Of a stretch of DNA of 64,000 nt, positions 1 through 12,719 are shown piece by piece (position 1 is the first letter of the stretch; the number at the start of each line of letters is the position of its first letter). A program made the position numbers and the translations under genes. The stretch covers positions 1,800,001 through 1,864,000 of the forward strand of contig CM119373.1 in assembly GCA_051294905.1 (NCBI GenBank), in the 5' to 3' direction. The notes under the pieces are model-generated. The model ran no database searches, was not told the origin of the DNA, and saw only the letters and a program-made list of their open reading frames with translations. Source of the stretch: Botryllus schlosseri. Lineage: Eukaryota.

Positions 1-549
1 GTGTCGCTATATATCTGGCCGCAAAACCATGTATTCCATGAAGCTCATTGTAAAATGACAGCATGTAACGAAGTTTATTTAAGCGCTGTTAACGAAACGA
101 CCGGCGGACGGTCATATTATCAGTATATATTATAGGATAATAGCCCACGTTAGAAATCTAACCACCAACGCCGACTGAGTAACGAAAATCAATTTAGTGT
201 TTGATGTTTGACTCAAATGCACTCGGGGGCCAATTTTCAAATTTTTGACTACCCTGCGGAACACGACGTCAATATGGGTATTCAATGTATGTTCAAGTAT
301 GTCGTATTTGACGAGGTGAAATTGTACTATTGGCCGGAATAGCAGATTGAGATTCCGCAAATATAGTGAACTTTGATTTACTACTTATTTTACCAATTTA
401 CGCGTGGCACCAATGAAAACCACATTCACAAATATTTGACTAAAATTGTCGTTCTACTAGGCAGGGAGTACGCATCATTTGTCGCAATTATGAGAAATAG
501 GCACCATGGCCGAATCTAGGTTTTGGGTGACATATTGATAAGTGTAGGC

Positions 550-2102
550 CCGGGGTAGGCAAACCCCGGCACGCGTGCCATTTGTGCCACGCGAAATGAT
601 TTTTCATGGCATGCCAAATGATTTCACGGAAACGACATATTCATACCATGTTTTTGCAAAAAGTGAAACAGAAGTTTTCAAAACGTGAAATGCTCGTAGG
701 CGATCCAAAATTATTATTATTATTTCACATTTTACAGTGGTGCTTCTCGCCTTTTTCAGGTATGTGCACCACGACACGAATATTTGCAATGTTCATAAGT
801 CTTTGTCTTTGTGTTAATCTTGGGGACGACTTCTTCATTCTTTCGCACATCCAGAGGTCAGTCTCTCTCGCACCAATGCGTCCCCGTCGAGGTCTTTGCT
901 GCCGACTTCTAGGACGGCTCACTTTCAATCTGGGCTTTTTAATGCACTGCAACTGCAGTGAGATCGGCAATGGGTAGCCCAGAGAAATCTCCGACACATA
1001 GAGCCTGATGTGTTAATTATGCTGTGGGAACCCCCAATAAATAGATAAATATATATGTTGTATTTATAAAATGTTTTAAAAATCTATGCATAGTGTACAA
1101 AAATGAGTCAACCGTATTAGCAGTTGTGAAAGAACATCAACCGAACATCGTTTGAAAACGTTTGGATTCTTTAGTCTAGGAGTGTTATTCACTGTGTAGC
1201 CTGCGGGAGTGCAACTACTGAACCGGCATTACGACGCTGGGCATCTTCACGCTATAGAATACATGACCTAGATATAGAGTTTCGGACAATATCCGACCAT
1301 GCGACTAACAGGCGGTCTATGCGTTGCCAAAGTGATTGGCGGCGATAAAACCTTGAAACAAAATAGCCGCTGCATCATGGACAAAACGTTAGACCTTGAT
1401 ATGTCCACTGGCAAGGCGCCGAAGTGACCAGCGCCGAATGACCAGCGCCCGCACCTGCAGCTTGAGCCGCACGTATCAAATGAGATCTGCCAAGGAAAAT
1501 AATCAGCCCCGTGTCCAAATGCGAATCGTGTTCGTCTCTCGGGCGTAGAGTCTGGTGTGCACGCGATTCAATATCTTGAGCAACGCCAATCCTTACCGCT
1601 TGACTGCGACCTTTGCCGACAAATATAGTGTCAGACCGACCTTAATGTGACGCCAAACCGATTTGAATGAGACTGTGGGGAGGGGGGAAACATTTTTCAT
1701 CATCATCAGACCATATCATCGTAGCTACACTGATTGGCCCGTCATTTATGATTTATTGGATACGGTAACCAACATAGTGGACTTGGAAACGATCCAATCA
1801 ACCACACAAGATCGATCATTGCCCAATGGCGCGACTGAAAATAAATTATGTAAATATCACGTGAGCCTACATATAAGCGATAGGTCGGGTACGGTAGTGT
1901 CCAAAATTCAATCCCTTCACGGCCAATCAAGAATTGCTGGCGTGACGAATGGCGTTGCCAGGCGTAGAAAAACGGTTGGTGGTGTTCCTTGCTGCTTGAA
2001 ACGTTAAATATTAATACATTAAATGTTTGGCACGCAAGCTGGTAAAAAATCGACATTTTTTGACATTTTGGCACGCTGCACATAAAAAGTTGCCGGCACC
2101 TA
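550..2102. mobile_element. Non-autonomous hAT element with nested inserts (duplicate at 22702-24255)
   Basis: Ends ccggggtaggcaaa...ttgccggcaccta, TSD gtgtaggc/gtataggc. Empty site gtataggc in the older paralog at 14490-14497. Confidence 0.8.
710..1000 (-). mobile_element. SINE-like family B with (AAT)n tail (also ~22862-23153 - and 62540-62818 +)
   Basis: Reverse complement aligns with 62540-62818. Both end in aataataat. Shares gaaagtgagccgt..a.aagtcggcag with SINE A. Confidence 0.75.
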
Positions 2103-3094
2103 GTATAGGCTATTGGTCATGTCATTGCCCAAGTCAAAATAGAACAGCGTTGGATTTTACTTCACTGGTGTCACAGCGGTGAGCGTGCCCTTGCGGCATT
2201 CGCCATCTTTAATCGGCCATAAAGCTACGGATGAAGGGATCAAAGATGCAACTGGCTGCACATTAAGGGGGCAACAGAATGCTAGATGCTGTTATAACAA
2301 CTTGCGTCGATAGCAAAATACCATGTCACGAGCTTATCGTCTATTACGATCCCCTGTTCACGCGAATAATAATTTTTGCCTCCATGGTTATAAACATGTC
2401 ACGACACTCCGAGTTACTCGGAGTCGACTCGAATCATTTTCATCTTGTCACCGAGTCATTCCGATTAATTCAGCGTAAGGTCGCCTCCAACTCCAAGTCA
2501 CAGATTTCAGTCTCGAATCATATGCGGTTCATGTTTCATCATCAAGATTAGGCTATTCTATGTAGGCCTAATAGAAGATCTTCCACCGCATAGTAGCGTT
2601 TGAATGTGATGCCATATAGCTAACTTGGATCAGTCGTTTGATGTTTTTTGGTAAATTTAAAGGGAATGATAACTTTTCTAATCTGACAAAAAGAAATTTT
2701 GCATTGAGCTGCTTCCAAGTATCGCCTCCTTGGAAATCCAAAATTTTGACTTAGCCGAGCAAAATGTTCTCGTGGATCGCGTGTTCGGGACCCAGGCTTA
2801 TATCATTCGGGTTACCGCTATCAAAAATACTGCTGGTGTAAATAGAGAAAACAATGACGTTACTGGATTATTGCAAATTAATCGCCTACGAGCAAATTTG
2901 CGTGCTTTTTGTGCTATCAAGAAACATCAAGTCGATCCCAAAAAACTCCCAAAACCCAGCCTATACTAACCGAACCCAAGTCAAACTAATCTCCATGCTA
3001 ATATGCTTTCATCATTTCTGGCCTTATTCACGACACATCGCAGCGTAGATATCTTGACGATTGCGTTCTGCAACAAATTATACCACTGGTCAAC

Positions 3095-3410
3095 AAAATA
3101 AAATAAAAATAATTCGGCAGAAAATCTAGGTGCTGTTATAGGGTTTTCAAGGTTGCCGATGACGAATACTACTTTTGTTTTGCCAGATTGACATGCCCAC
3201 CAGACTTGAGTCTTTTTTCCGTGTCATTTGCTGTCATCATTCTGGAGTTCGGCTCTCTCTTCGCCTGAGCTTTTCAATACGCTGTATTTACAGCGGATCG
3301 GAGTTGAGGAGCCCAGATAGACCACATATAAACATGGCAGAGCCGATACTTGAACCACCAACCATTGGTGTCGTGACTGCAGTGTTTAACCAACTGCGCC
3401 ACTCGCTTCC
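3095..3410 (-). mobile_element. tRNA-derived SINE family C (duplicate at ~25108-25423)
   Basis: A box tggcgcagttgg, B box ggttcaagt, body tctatctgggctcctc...aaaagctcag...gagagccg, T-rich (tttta)n tail. Confidence 0.7.
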
Positions 3411-3951
3411 ACGTGACATGAATATATCCTTATTGTTATGACGCGGTCACATGTTAACGTAGCTTATATAGCGTTACAACTATAGGGTTCGCTCGCATGA
3501 TTCTAACAATAATGAAGACGTCATAGTTCAGCCGTAACAAATGATACATGGTGTTCTCTATTCTAACTCTAATCCTTTTAATGATGTCTGTTGATCCATG
3601 CGTAACCTGAATAATTCCGACTTTCAGCTGCATCGTATTATTCGCACGTTTCCATACCGCTGTTTCACACCTACAGAATAGTCTGCCGTTCACTGTCGCA
3701 ACAAGAACCACAATTATACACATTTATACATTCATTGCATTTATTACTCTGAAATAAAACTATTCACAAAAACACGTACAATCGTATCAATAATCACCAG
3801 AATAATTCAGGTATTCATTGGTTGAAAATCCTTGCGCTCTTTTTGTCAAGAATGCCATAGTAGGATCTTCGCCCACATCTGATGTTTTACACTGTAACTG
3901 TTTCCCAGTCACGGAAAATTCATCCGGTTCCATGAATTCGATTATCTAAGG

Positions 3952-5277
3952 CAGTGGTTCTCAACCTTTTTTGACACGCGCCCCCCCTTGGAGATGGTCA
4001 AAAAAATCGCGCCCCCTGACCCCCCTTGCATTTATCGTCATGTCAAAAAGAGCACATCATCTAATACAGAGGTGGGCAACGTTTTTGATAATCATGACTG
4101 CATTTAGATTGCTTATGTAGCGTAAGGCCGCATTCCAGGGCATAGCCGCAATGAACGATCTGGACGCAAAATTCCTATGGTAAACTGTCCATATCCATTC
4201 CCGGTGAACTCCGGACTATTCTACTTTTCACAATGGCCTATTGTATGCGCCGAAATCGCGAGTGGCAATGTTATGAATAATTGCCGGGAGGCGCATATTG
4301 TCGCGCGGAGCGCGAAAATTTTTCAGGGCCGCGAACGAATTGTTATTTCTTGCCATTTCCCATTCCGGCTCAGATTAAGAAGGGCGCTACTGCAATAAAA
4401 TCGAAAAATGAAGTCGTGTTGAATTGCACGGAGGGCGAAGAAAATTTCAAAAATTGCGGAAAATGCGGGAGTGAATTCGTAATTGCAATTTTCATGTCTA
4501 CGGCCGCCAACACATCCTAATTGATCGAATGAGGCGTCGACGGCCGCTCGAATTCCCTTCTAGGACCGCAGGCTGCCCACCCCTGATCTAATAGTATACA
4601 TAAGGTATATCTTACGTCAATTTTGAATCTGCATTCCAGTTGTTGAGTCTTTTACATTGCTGACAAATTTCTCCAAACTTGTTTGAAAATAACAATAAAA
4701 CGTTGAACAAGACATCCATTAATTAATTTCAAGGTAGGTCACCCTGAGACTAATCCTGATGCTGGTAGTGAGTACAGAGAGCAAGGCGTCGTTCTGTCCT
4801 GCCAGGCTAAATTTGATCAGTTTTGGAAATTAATAAAATTGTGTTGATTTATAGCCTAATCGAGGGCGAAACCGTGCAACCTATGTTGCATCTAAGTCTG
4901 CCTTAGGCAGTGCAGTTCACAAGCTACTAACAACAGCTGCCCAGCGCGACAAGCTTTAGGCTACTGTCAAAGCTATGAATCAATGAATGACTTACACGTG
5001 GGAATTGCTCTCTATATCTCCAAAGAATATCAAAAATTTGCTCAAATGAAGTTGAAATCAGACTATACTCCGTTGAGCGCGGTTGCTAGAGTTTGTATTT
5101 TGCAAGCTTTCCTGAATATGGAATAATTTTCATCTCCATCAATCGTCTTCTCATAATGGATGTGAAACACATGTTCAGACATGTACAATTTATACTGACC
5201 TTGTCAATTTCTCGCGCCCCCCCCCCCCCTATACTGACTTCGTCAATTTCTCGCGCCCCCCAGGTTGAGAACCTCTG
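3952..5277. mobile_element. Non-autonomous hAT element (duplicate at 25967-27291)
   Basis: TIRs cagtggttctcaacc / ggttgagaacctctg, perfect 8-bp TSD atctaagg. Confidence 0.92.
4067..4585. mobile_element. hAT MITE nested in 3952-5277 (duplicate at 26082-26600)
   Basis: TIRs cagaggtgggca / tgcccacccctg, perfect TSD atctaata. Confidence 0.92.
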
Positions 5278-5635
5278 ATCTAAGGTTTTAGTGGTCCGAA
5301 ACCTAGTGAATCATGAAAATAAGTCTGGTGCCCCCCTATTTTAAGGGTGTAGTAAAAACCCAATGTGTAAGTGGTCGAAGTCTGCCTTCCGGTTAGGAAT
5401 TCACTATTAGACCACTCGACTGATCAAGGGTATAATTTTTTTTGCTGTTTTCGGGATCAAATCCAGGTTGTTATAACAACCATCGGGTAAAAACTACGGG
5501 CTCATAGCATTTGGTTCGAGATCGATGGACACATCTCGAATTCTCCTCTACGATTGCCAATACGGTGAATAAAGTTGTATTCGTTTCGTTTTATTGCTTT
5601 GTGTGACCACTTAATCAACTGAGAATGTTGTAGAG

Positions 5636-6978
5636 CAGGGGTGGGCAATTATTTTCCTCCGCGGGCCAAATGAGGAAAATAAATACGTTGGCGGGCCGAG
5701 TGAAAAATTTTGGCTATATTCTCCAGCGTATTTTAATTTTATTTCTAAATCACATTGTTAATAAATGCTGCTCCTTGAATGTGTTGATATTAGAGAATGA
5801 GAAAGTGACGGTTAATTAAAAAATATCTATTTGCTGTCATGATTCGAAACAATGTTAAACATGATACATTGATACATTTTAGCTCTCTTCAAACCCCTAT
5901 TCACGTTCTTCTATTAAGACTCTAAAGCAGTGGTTCTCAAATTTTTTTAGGCACGTCTCCCTTTATGATGATGAACAATTTTGAGCCCCCTTATCATGAT
6001 ATCACAAAATGCAACCAGAATGCTAGTAATCCCAACGGATAGTTTGATGGCATTGGGTATTATGGCTGTTGATGAGCGAATTATGAAATATCAAACTCGA
6101 ACAATACACAGAGCAACAGCTATAAGCTGTAGTATATCGCGCGAAGCGCGAAGATTTTTTTCGATAAAATTGGGCTTCGTGCCACCCTTCTGATGCTTTC
6201 ATGTCTCCCAGTTCGAGAACCACTGCACTGAAATGAATATGCAATAGTACAAAGCTTATATTTTCTTGGTCGCTGCCATCCGAGCAGTGTACAGCTTGAA
6301 TAGCTTTTATGTTGAGAGAAGCTTGCAGTTTTTCTGAACTTCGCCCTCTCTTGACCGAGTGTTTCCGTGTTTTTTTGTCATAAGAACGACTTTAATTAAA
6401 ATTCCTAATCTCGGCGACCTGCCCGGTAAAAACGGAAAGGATGGGTTTACCCCTGACTCCAGTATGCGAATATTTAGTGCTCTAAATTCTAAACCTTTGA
6501 ATTTCAGTTTTCGGCTTTCTTTTTTGACATGCTCGTTGATCTTTCATGTGTGATAGATATGGCAGAGTCATGGTAATCACGAGCACTGATCGACTTGTCT
6601 TACGAAAATTCGTAACAAATTGAAACACATACCGTATAACGCGTAATGTGACAATGGCAACGAGCAAGGTTTGAAGCTTGAACTAAACTATATGGAAAGA
6701 GTAATTTTTTTTTGACTTCAATTGCTACTCATACGTTGCCACATTGCCTTTAATTTGAATATGGATTACGCATGGCAGGTACGTAGGCAGCGTAATCGTG
6801 GCATCGTAATGAACAGGCTTCAAAGTAAACGAATTTCCTGTTCATTTGATACAGCCTATGATTTTCGTCATTCAAAAAGCAAGTTTTATGTTTTGAATTC
6901 GAAAAAACCTTTCGCGGGCCACACCGAATAGCTTCGCGGGCCGCATTTGGCCCGCGGGCCGCACTTTGCCCAGGTCTG
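5636..6978. mobile_element. Young non-autonomous hAT insertion present only in duplication copy 1
   Basis: Ends caggggtgggcaa / ttgcccaggtctg, subterminal gcgggcc motifs, perfect TSD ttgtagag. Clean empty site at 27642-27649. Confidence 0.95.
5928..6225. mobile_element. Old hAT MITE nested within 5636-6978
   Basis: TIRs cagtggttctc / gagaaccactg, eroded TSD ctctaaag/cactgaaa. Confidence 0.75.
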
Positions 6979-9397
6979 TTGTAGAGACTTGCTCACGTTA
7001 CATTTAGCGCTGCTATTAAATTCAACATGAATGCGGGTAACAACACTCAGCAGTATCATCCTTTATGATACGATTACGAAATATTCTGACGACATAATTT
7101 TGTAGCTCTCAAATACAAGTATATTTAGTTACTCGTTTTTGCCAGAAAGCTGCAAAACACCTTTAATGTACAAATGACATCACTCTCGAAAGTTGATCAG
7201 TAGCCTTTAGCGCCTTTGCGATTTAGGCACGCAGTGCGCATCAGGATAAAATACCTAGTCAAAAATATTTTATGTAAAACAACCCGAGCTATCAGTATAA
7301 GTATCAATTTATTAATATTTTCATCATTTCAAAACACCACAAAACTTCGATACCATGAAAGGATAGGAAGATGTCAAAACTACTTGGAGTATAGCTAGCG
7401 TGACGGGGTTGTTATGAAGGGGAATAAGCAATCCAAAAGTACCCCAAATTCATTTTACATGATTTAAAATAAACCACTGCATTCATGGAATCATGAGTCG
7501 GTGGATATTTCGCGATGAGCGCGACTAAAAACGTTGTGATTTAACAGATTTTGTCGAATGTTAGTTTGCAATGAGAAACCAGGAATAATCATATGTCCTT
7601 ACTACACCATCTGCTGCGAGACCATTTTCTTCAGCGCCTCAACCGCGTCCAGAGCCAAGTGCCCTCTATTTCGCCCCCTGAGCGTTTCCGCCCCTTCAAA
7701 ATCCAAGTAGCTCCCTGGGAGGCGCTGGAGACAAGGTTAAGAACCACTGATCTAAATCATCACGAACTATATTGGTAAAATTACGTCTCCTCCAGCTTCA
7801 TAAACTGCTCATCTTCGACAGTACAATGCTCCCGGACGCATAGAAGAGTAGCGTACGACCAGTGTTGCTGATTATAAATTCTGTAGACGGAATTGGGCTC
7901 TGAGCTGTCGTAAGAAGTCGTCAGAAACAACATATACAAATGCGCGTGGTCGTGTTCGTGTAGTTTTTGCGCTATCACGAAGCAACTAACGATCCAGATT
8001 ACACGTTTAAATTCTAATCTTTTCCAAGTCTATATCATGGTATCATGCTCAATCTTCTAGAATGATAGATACTTTTGTACTCAGCGCTTCTTTGGAAATT
8101 GTGTCAATCATCACACCCATCTCTGATCTGAACATATAAAGTGTCATCACCATGTTTTCATCTGCTATCACACTAATCGAATTTTTGAATTGTTCTTATG
8201 CTCTAATTTTAATTCTAATCTAATTCATGAATTGTTCTTATGCTCTAATTCTAATCTAATTTATTGTTTTCCTGAAAATGCCTATTTGACCGCGGCATGT
8301 TGCAGCGAGTCCATCTCGCAAAGGGATATCCAGAGTCAAGCCGCAATTGCATTACTTACACCGTACAGAAATAGTAGTTGTTGTGCGACGAATAATAGCC
8401 ATACTGGAACAATTGTGACCCTTATCGCCGAATCATGTTATTTGTGCCATGAAAATGAATGTTGCAATCTTCCTTGATCTTTGCCTTTGGAACTCTTTTT
8501 GGACTACTTCCAGTCACGTATCTATTCATCATATATCTATCTCGTTTGCATACGACCTCTTCAGTGTCTTTTGCTGACGATTTTCGAAGCTCGAGTTCAA
8601 TTATTTAAACTGGGCTTTTCGTACGGCACTGCATACGCAGTGAGTTCAGCTACTAACGATTCGATATTAGGGCTATCCAGACATGTTGCTAGGTGAAAGA
8701 CTATCTCATCCTAAAGATTGGCTTTGGGGACGCCCTATAGCCCTAGTTTTCCAAGCGCCTCGGTGTCGAGTGCACTGTACGTCATGGCAATATCCCTATT
8801 CATGCCAGCTGACTCTCCATCGATGGAATGCTGTTGCCTTCGTTGAAGCTATTTCCGCTATAGCGAGGAATAGTGTTGTTGAGGACAGACGAATAGGTTT
8901 ATTTAATACAACAACAATAATTATTTGAAACTGAAATCAATTTTCGCATTTCAAAATGCTTTATTCGCGTTCTTCCAAATTCATAGATCAGATCGCCAGC
9001 CGCAAAATACGACTTCGCGGGCCGCCTATTGATGACCCGGGTATAGTGCAAAACGAGCGAAGCTTGATATACAGACGTTAACCAATCTCTTTGTTATGAG
9101 ACTCCACTGTGGTTTGATATGAACTGAACTTTTTGCTGTATTTATTTCTCATTCAGAATTTCATTCGATTTCCAAGTAGTTTTTCCGAATTCAGTAGCCA
9201 AATTCTAATTGTAAGTATAATCTAATTTGAAAATAACTGTGTTAATCTAATTCTAATTGTGATCTAATTTGAAAAAAATTGTATAGCTCTAATTATAATT
9301 CTAATCTAATTCGGAAATGCTAAAAATTTTCTAGTTGTCCTAGTCTGCCGCGTAAGTGGCGTCTTATAAAAGCTTATGAGTGGGCCGTGCTGCAGGT

Positions 9398-9595
9398 ATT
9401 GTTTGTTTGTTTTGGGGTATTCATGGTGTTTGTCGACTACGATGGTCATTTACACCAGGCCGAAATTCTTTTTATTTTCCGTAACTGCCGCCTTATAGCA
9501 CGGCTCACCTCTAGGCTTTTGTAAGACACCGCTGACGCGGATGAGGTGGCGAGGAGGAGCCTAGGTAAACCTCCAACACTTGGGTATCGAGATTC
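9398..9595 (-). mobile_element. 5'-truncated SINE A inserted antisense into another SINE A copy (duplicate at 30067-30264)
   Basis: (AAAC)n tail, 13-bp TSD ccgtgctgcaggt at 9385-9397 and 9596-9608. Uninterrupted paralog at 18738-18873. Confidence 0.88.
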
Positions 9596-10047
9596 CCGTG
9601 CTGCAGGTCAGCAGCTACGAAATTTAAATGAAGCACATTGGCCTGGTGTAAATGACCATAGTAGTCGACAAACCCCATGAATACCTCAAATCAAACAAAC
9701 AAGCGACTAGAAAGGGAGCATAGAAATACGTCAACTGATATCGTCGTTAGTGCCACTGATTTAGCGCTCTATAACTGTACTCAACAGGCAAATCATCACA
9801 ATTTTGCCAATTCCATTGTTCGCGAATAAATTCGTTGCTAGAATATAAACCCTATGATCCGTGATATGATTTAATGTACTATTATGTATATATGATTGAT
9901 AATAAAGTATTCAAGTGAAAATACGGACATGTGGCAAAACTTTGAAACGAGTTGACAGATGGTCGGGCCCGTGAGAAATTTGAAGATTTTAATCCTACCC
10001 GAGTAGCCATTTGAGTTTGACAACCGTTCTCTAAGCTTAATTGCGAT

Positions 10048-10235
10048 GACGAGATAGCATAATGGTATGATCCACGGCTGCAACACCAATTGGTTGCGGG
10101 TTCGAGTCTGACCGAGGTCGCCTCCAGAATTCCCAGCCAAGTGTTAGAGGTTTATATAGGGCTAGGCTCCTCTTCATTCACCAGATCGGCGCTAGCGATT
10201 TCTTAAAAAAGGCTAGAAGTGGATTTTGCTATGAG
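10048..10235 (+). mobile_element. tRNA-derived SINE family A, 5' part (also 11563-11723, 19225-19412, 30717-30904, 35773-35912)
   Basis: A box tagcataatgg, B box ggttcgagtc, ctgca at the anticodon-like position (tRNA-Cys-like by eye). Continues into the shared body ccaagtgtt.gaggttta...ggctcctc. Confidence 0.8.
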
Positions 10236-10528
10236 TGCTCTCAATATTGCAGGCCCTGAGTATTTTTCTGCACAGCGATCAATGTATATTTTTAAAGTTA
10301 GATGCCTCTTGGCTCTGCATTCAGAACAAGTCGTTTTACATGCAATCTAAATTCAAATCATTGGTAAAACGGAGTATATATTGCACGACATTAAAAGCTG
10401 GCGATTTCGTCTATTATAACATTTGAGATCGACCGAGACCGAGTGTCTCATTTCGATTTCCCAGAAGTGTCTATGAATACGGGCTGGGCACCGTTTAAAC
10501 CCTAATATTGTCGTTATCGAGTGATCAC

Positions 10529-11378
10529 ATATTAAAATGGCTATCCGGACCACATATTAAAATGCTCCATCTCTAGGGTATTGAAAAAATCGGATACAGG
10601 TCCAAAATATGGCCCAGAAAAATGCCCGCCATTTTTGCCCCTACCTTGGCTAGGTAACGTGTCTAGCCGTTTTGAAAAGCTTATTAAATCGGCTGTTCAC
10701 CGTTGCTATTACAGCGTTAACACGCATGTAGTGTACACGACGAAACCCTTGTTACCCAACTCTCGAAAAGATGTACTTCCTGCCTTTGATGCAAGTAATG
10801 TTGTTTACCAATACAAGTACCACTGTGATAGTAGGTATGTAGGATGTACATCTCAAAGATTGTTTGAACGTATTAAGCAGCATATCCCAAAATTGTTTCG
10901 GTCAAAAACTTGCGCAAATGATCGCACGGAGCTCGCACGTCAGTGCAAATTGGCTGCAAAAACAGACTGCTATGATGATTACCAAGCATATGTTTCGTCA
11001 ATTGGTCAGCATAGGAGTGAAAACCTTGCCTGTGCACAGCACTATGATGACAATATGTTCACTGTCATTGCGCGTGGTAGGTCTGTGTTTCATTTAAAAG
11101 TGTTGGAGTCTACTATTATTCAGTTGAGCAAACCTATTTTATGATAACCTACAAATTTCTCATTAGTGCGTGTTGTTCCGTGCGTGTAATTGTTTATTTA
11201 CAAATTGTGCTGCTACTATAGTACCGTATGTCCGTATACTTCATAGTTTGTTATTGTTGCCATTGGTACAATGCGAATTTCATGGTTTGTGATTTTGATT
11301 GTTGCGTCATACTTTGCCTTTTTGGTTTTGATTTTAAATCTGTTTAAATCCCTTTAGTGTGCCGATAACTCTTGAAAA
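10529..11378 (+). mobile_element. 5'-truncated Penelope-like retroelement (linker + GIY-YIG endonuclease, ORF 10581-11144)
   Basis: YGPEKCPPFLPLPWLG...KDVLP...SNVVYQYKYHCDSRYVGCTSQRLFERIKQH...SSIGQH...HLKVLESTII. No RT domain. Host paralogous sequence resumes at 11379. Confidence 0.88.
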
Positions 11379-12551
11379 TATGATTTAATGTACTATTGTG
11401 TATATATGATTGATAATGGAGTATTCAAGTGAAAATTAAGGACAGGTGGCAAAATTTTTAACCGAGTTAGCTGATAGTCCGGCCAATGACAGATTTGGAG
11501 GTTTGAATCCGACCCGCGTTGCCATTTGAGTTTGACAACCCTGCTCTAAGCTGGGTCGCCATGGCGAGATAGCATAATGGTATGATCCACGGCTGCAACA
11601 CCAATTGGTTGCGGATTCGAGTCTGACCGAGGTCGACTCCAGACTTCCCAGCCAAATTTTAGCGGTGCTAGGCTCCCTTCTTGCGGTTTCTTAAAAAAAG
11701 CCTAGAAGTGGACGTGCTATGAGTGCTCTCAATATTGCAGGCCCCGGGTATTTTCTGCACAGCGATAAATGCATATTTTTAAAATCAAATGCCTCGTGGC
11801 ATTGAATTCAGGACAGTTTGTTTTACATGCAATCGAAATTCAAATCATTGGTAAAACAAAGTATATATTGCAAGACATTAAAAGCCGGTGATTTTGTCTA
11901 TTATAACATTTGAGATTCTATATAGTTGCTAAGATGTAAAGACCGAGTGTCTCATTTCGATTTCCCAAAACCGTTTATGAATACTGACTGAGTGCCGTAC
12001 AAACCTTAATACTGTCGTTATCGAGTGATCACTAGTAAATTATGAAAACTACATAAAGGTAAGCTTTAAAGCTGCCAAACACAGTAGACCTGCCGTCTCC
12101 GTGGATTCAGTCGGACGGATTTACATGCCGATGTATTACTGGCGACAACTTTTTGAAAGATGCAGAGATTGCTATCATCCCATTGTACAGAATTCTACGT
12201 CGAAATCGGCCCCATATATTTGTTACTCAGAAAACAGAGTTTCCAAATAATGTCAGGGAACTAGCTCATAGGTAATTTTACAAATTTCTATTGTGTTTGA
12301 GTGTATTCGATCAAATGAAATCTAGAAGCTTCTACTCGACTCGAGGATCAATTCTCGAATCGGAATCGTATCTCCTGAGCCCTCGATGTCGCTCAGTCAC
12401 CATTGCAATATTATGTTACTTGAAATGATGGCAAAGCAATCGTAGCACAGTAATGTGATACAAATAGTATTTAACCATTTAATGACAGAAGTTACAATTT
12501 CATTTTCGAAGGCTAATGAAAGTAATGTTATACGATATTTTATCATTTTAG

Positions 12552-12719
12552 TTGCAAATGCTCGTTATCATGGACAATTCAATGAATGAAGATGGATATG
12601 AAATACTCGTTCACATTCTGAAGCGGTCAGATTGCAAGGAATTGCAACTCCAATATTGTTGTCTCACCAAGACTAAGTTGCAAGGAGTATTGAACGGATG
12701 TCGGGATCAAAATATCCAG
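12552..12719 (+). CDS. Internal LRR exon A (168 nt, phase 0-0, two ~28-aa RI/NLR-like repeats): LQMLVIMDNSMNEDGYEILVHILKRSDCKELQLQYCCLTKTKLQGVLNGCRDQNIQ
   Basis: Acceptor atcattttag, donor cag|gtgcgt, open frame of 56 codons, LxxLxIxxN and CxxLxLxxCxL motifs. Confidence 0.85.

Noticed and set aside
606..977. 123-aa ORF resembling the ORF at 62536-62739
   Set aside because: The similarity comes from a shared SINE B. The ORF is frameshifted in the duplicate at 22758-23130.
1663..2007. 114-aa ORF conserved in both duplicate copies
   Set aside because: Conservation only reflects the recent duplication. It lies inside a hAT element and has no recognisable domain or splice structure.
10048..10120. 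tRNA-like sequence (and copies at 11563, 19225, 30717, 35773)
   Set aside because: No acceptor-stem pairing, and it runs into a SINE body. These are SINE heads, not tRNA genes.
11142..11144. TGA at the position of the Cys in the paralogous PKLC motif, suggesting selenocysteine recoding as reported for some Naiad PLEs
   Set aside because: It is followed immediately by TAA, and the C-terminus (NLQISH*) resumes in another frame. A small deletion explains it.
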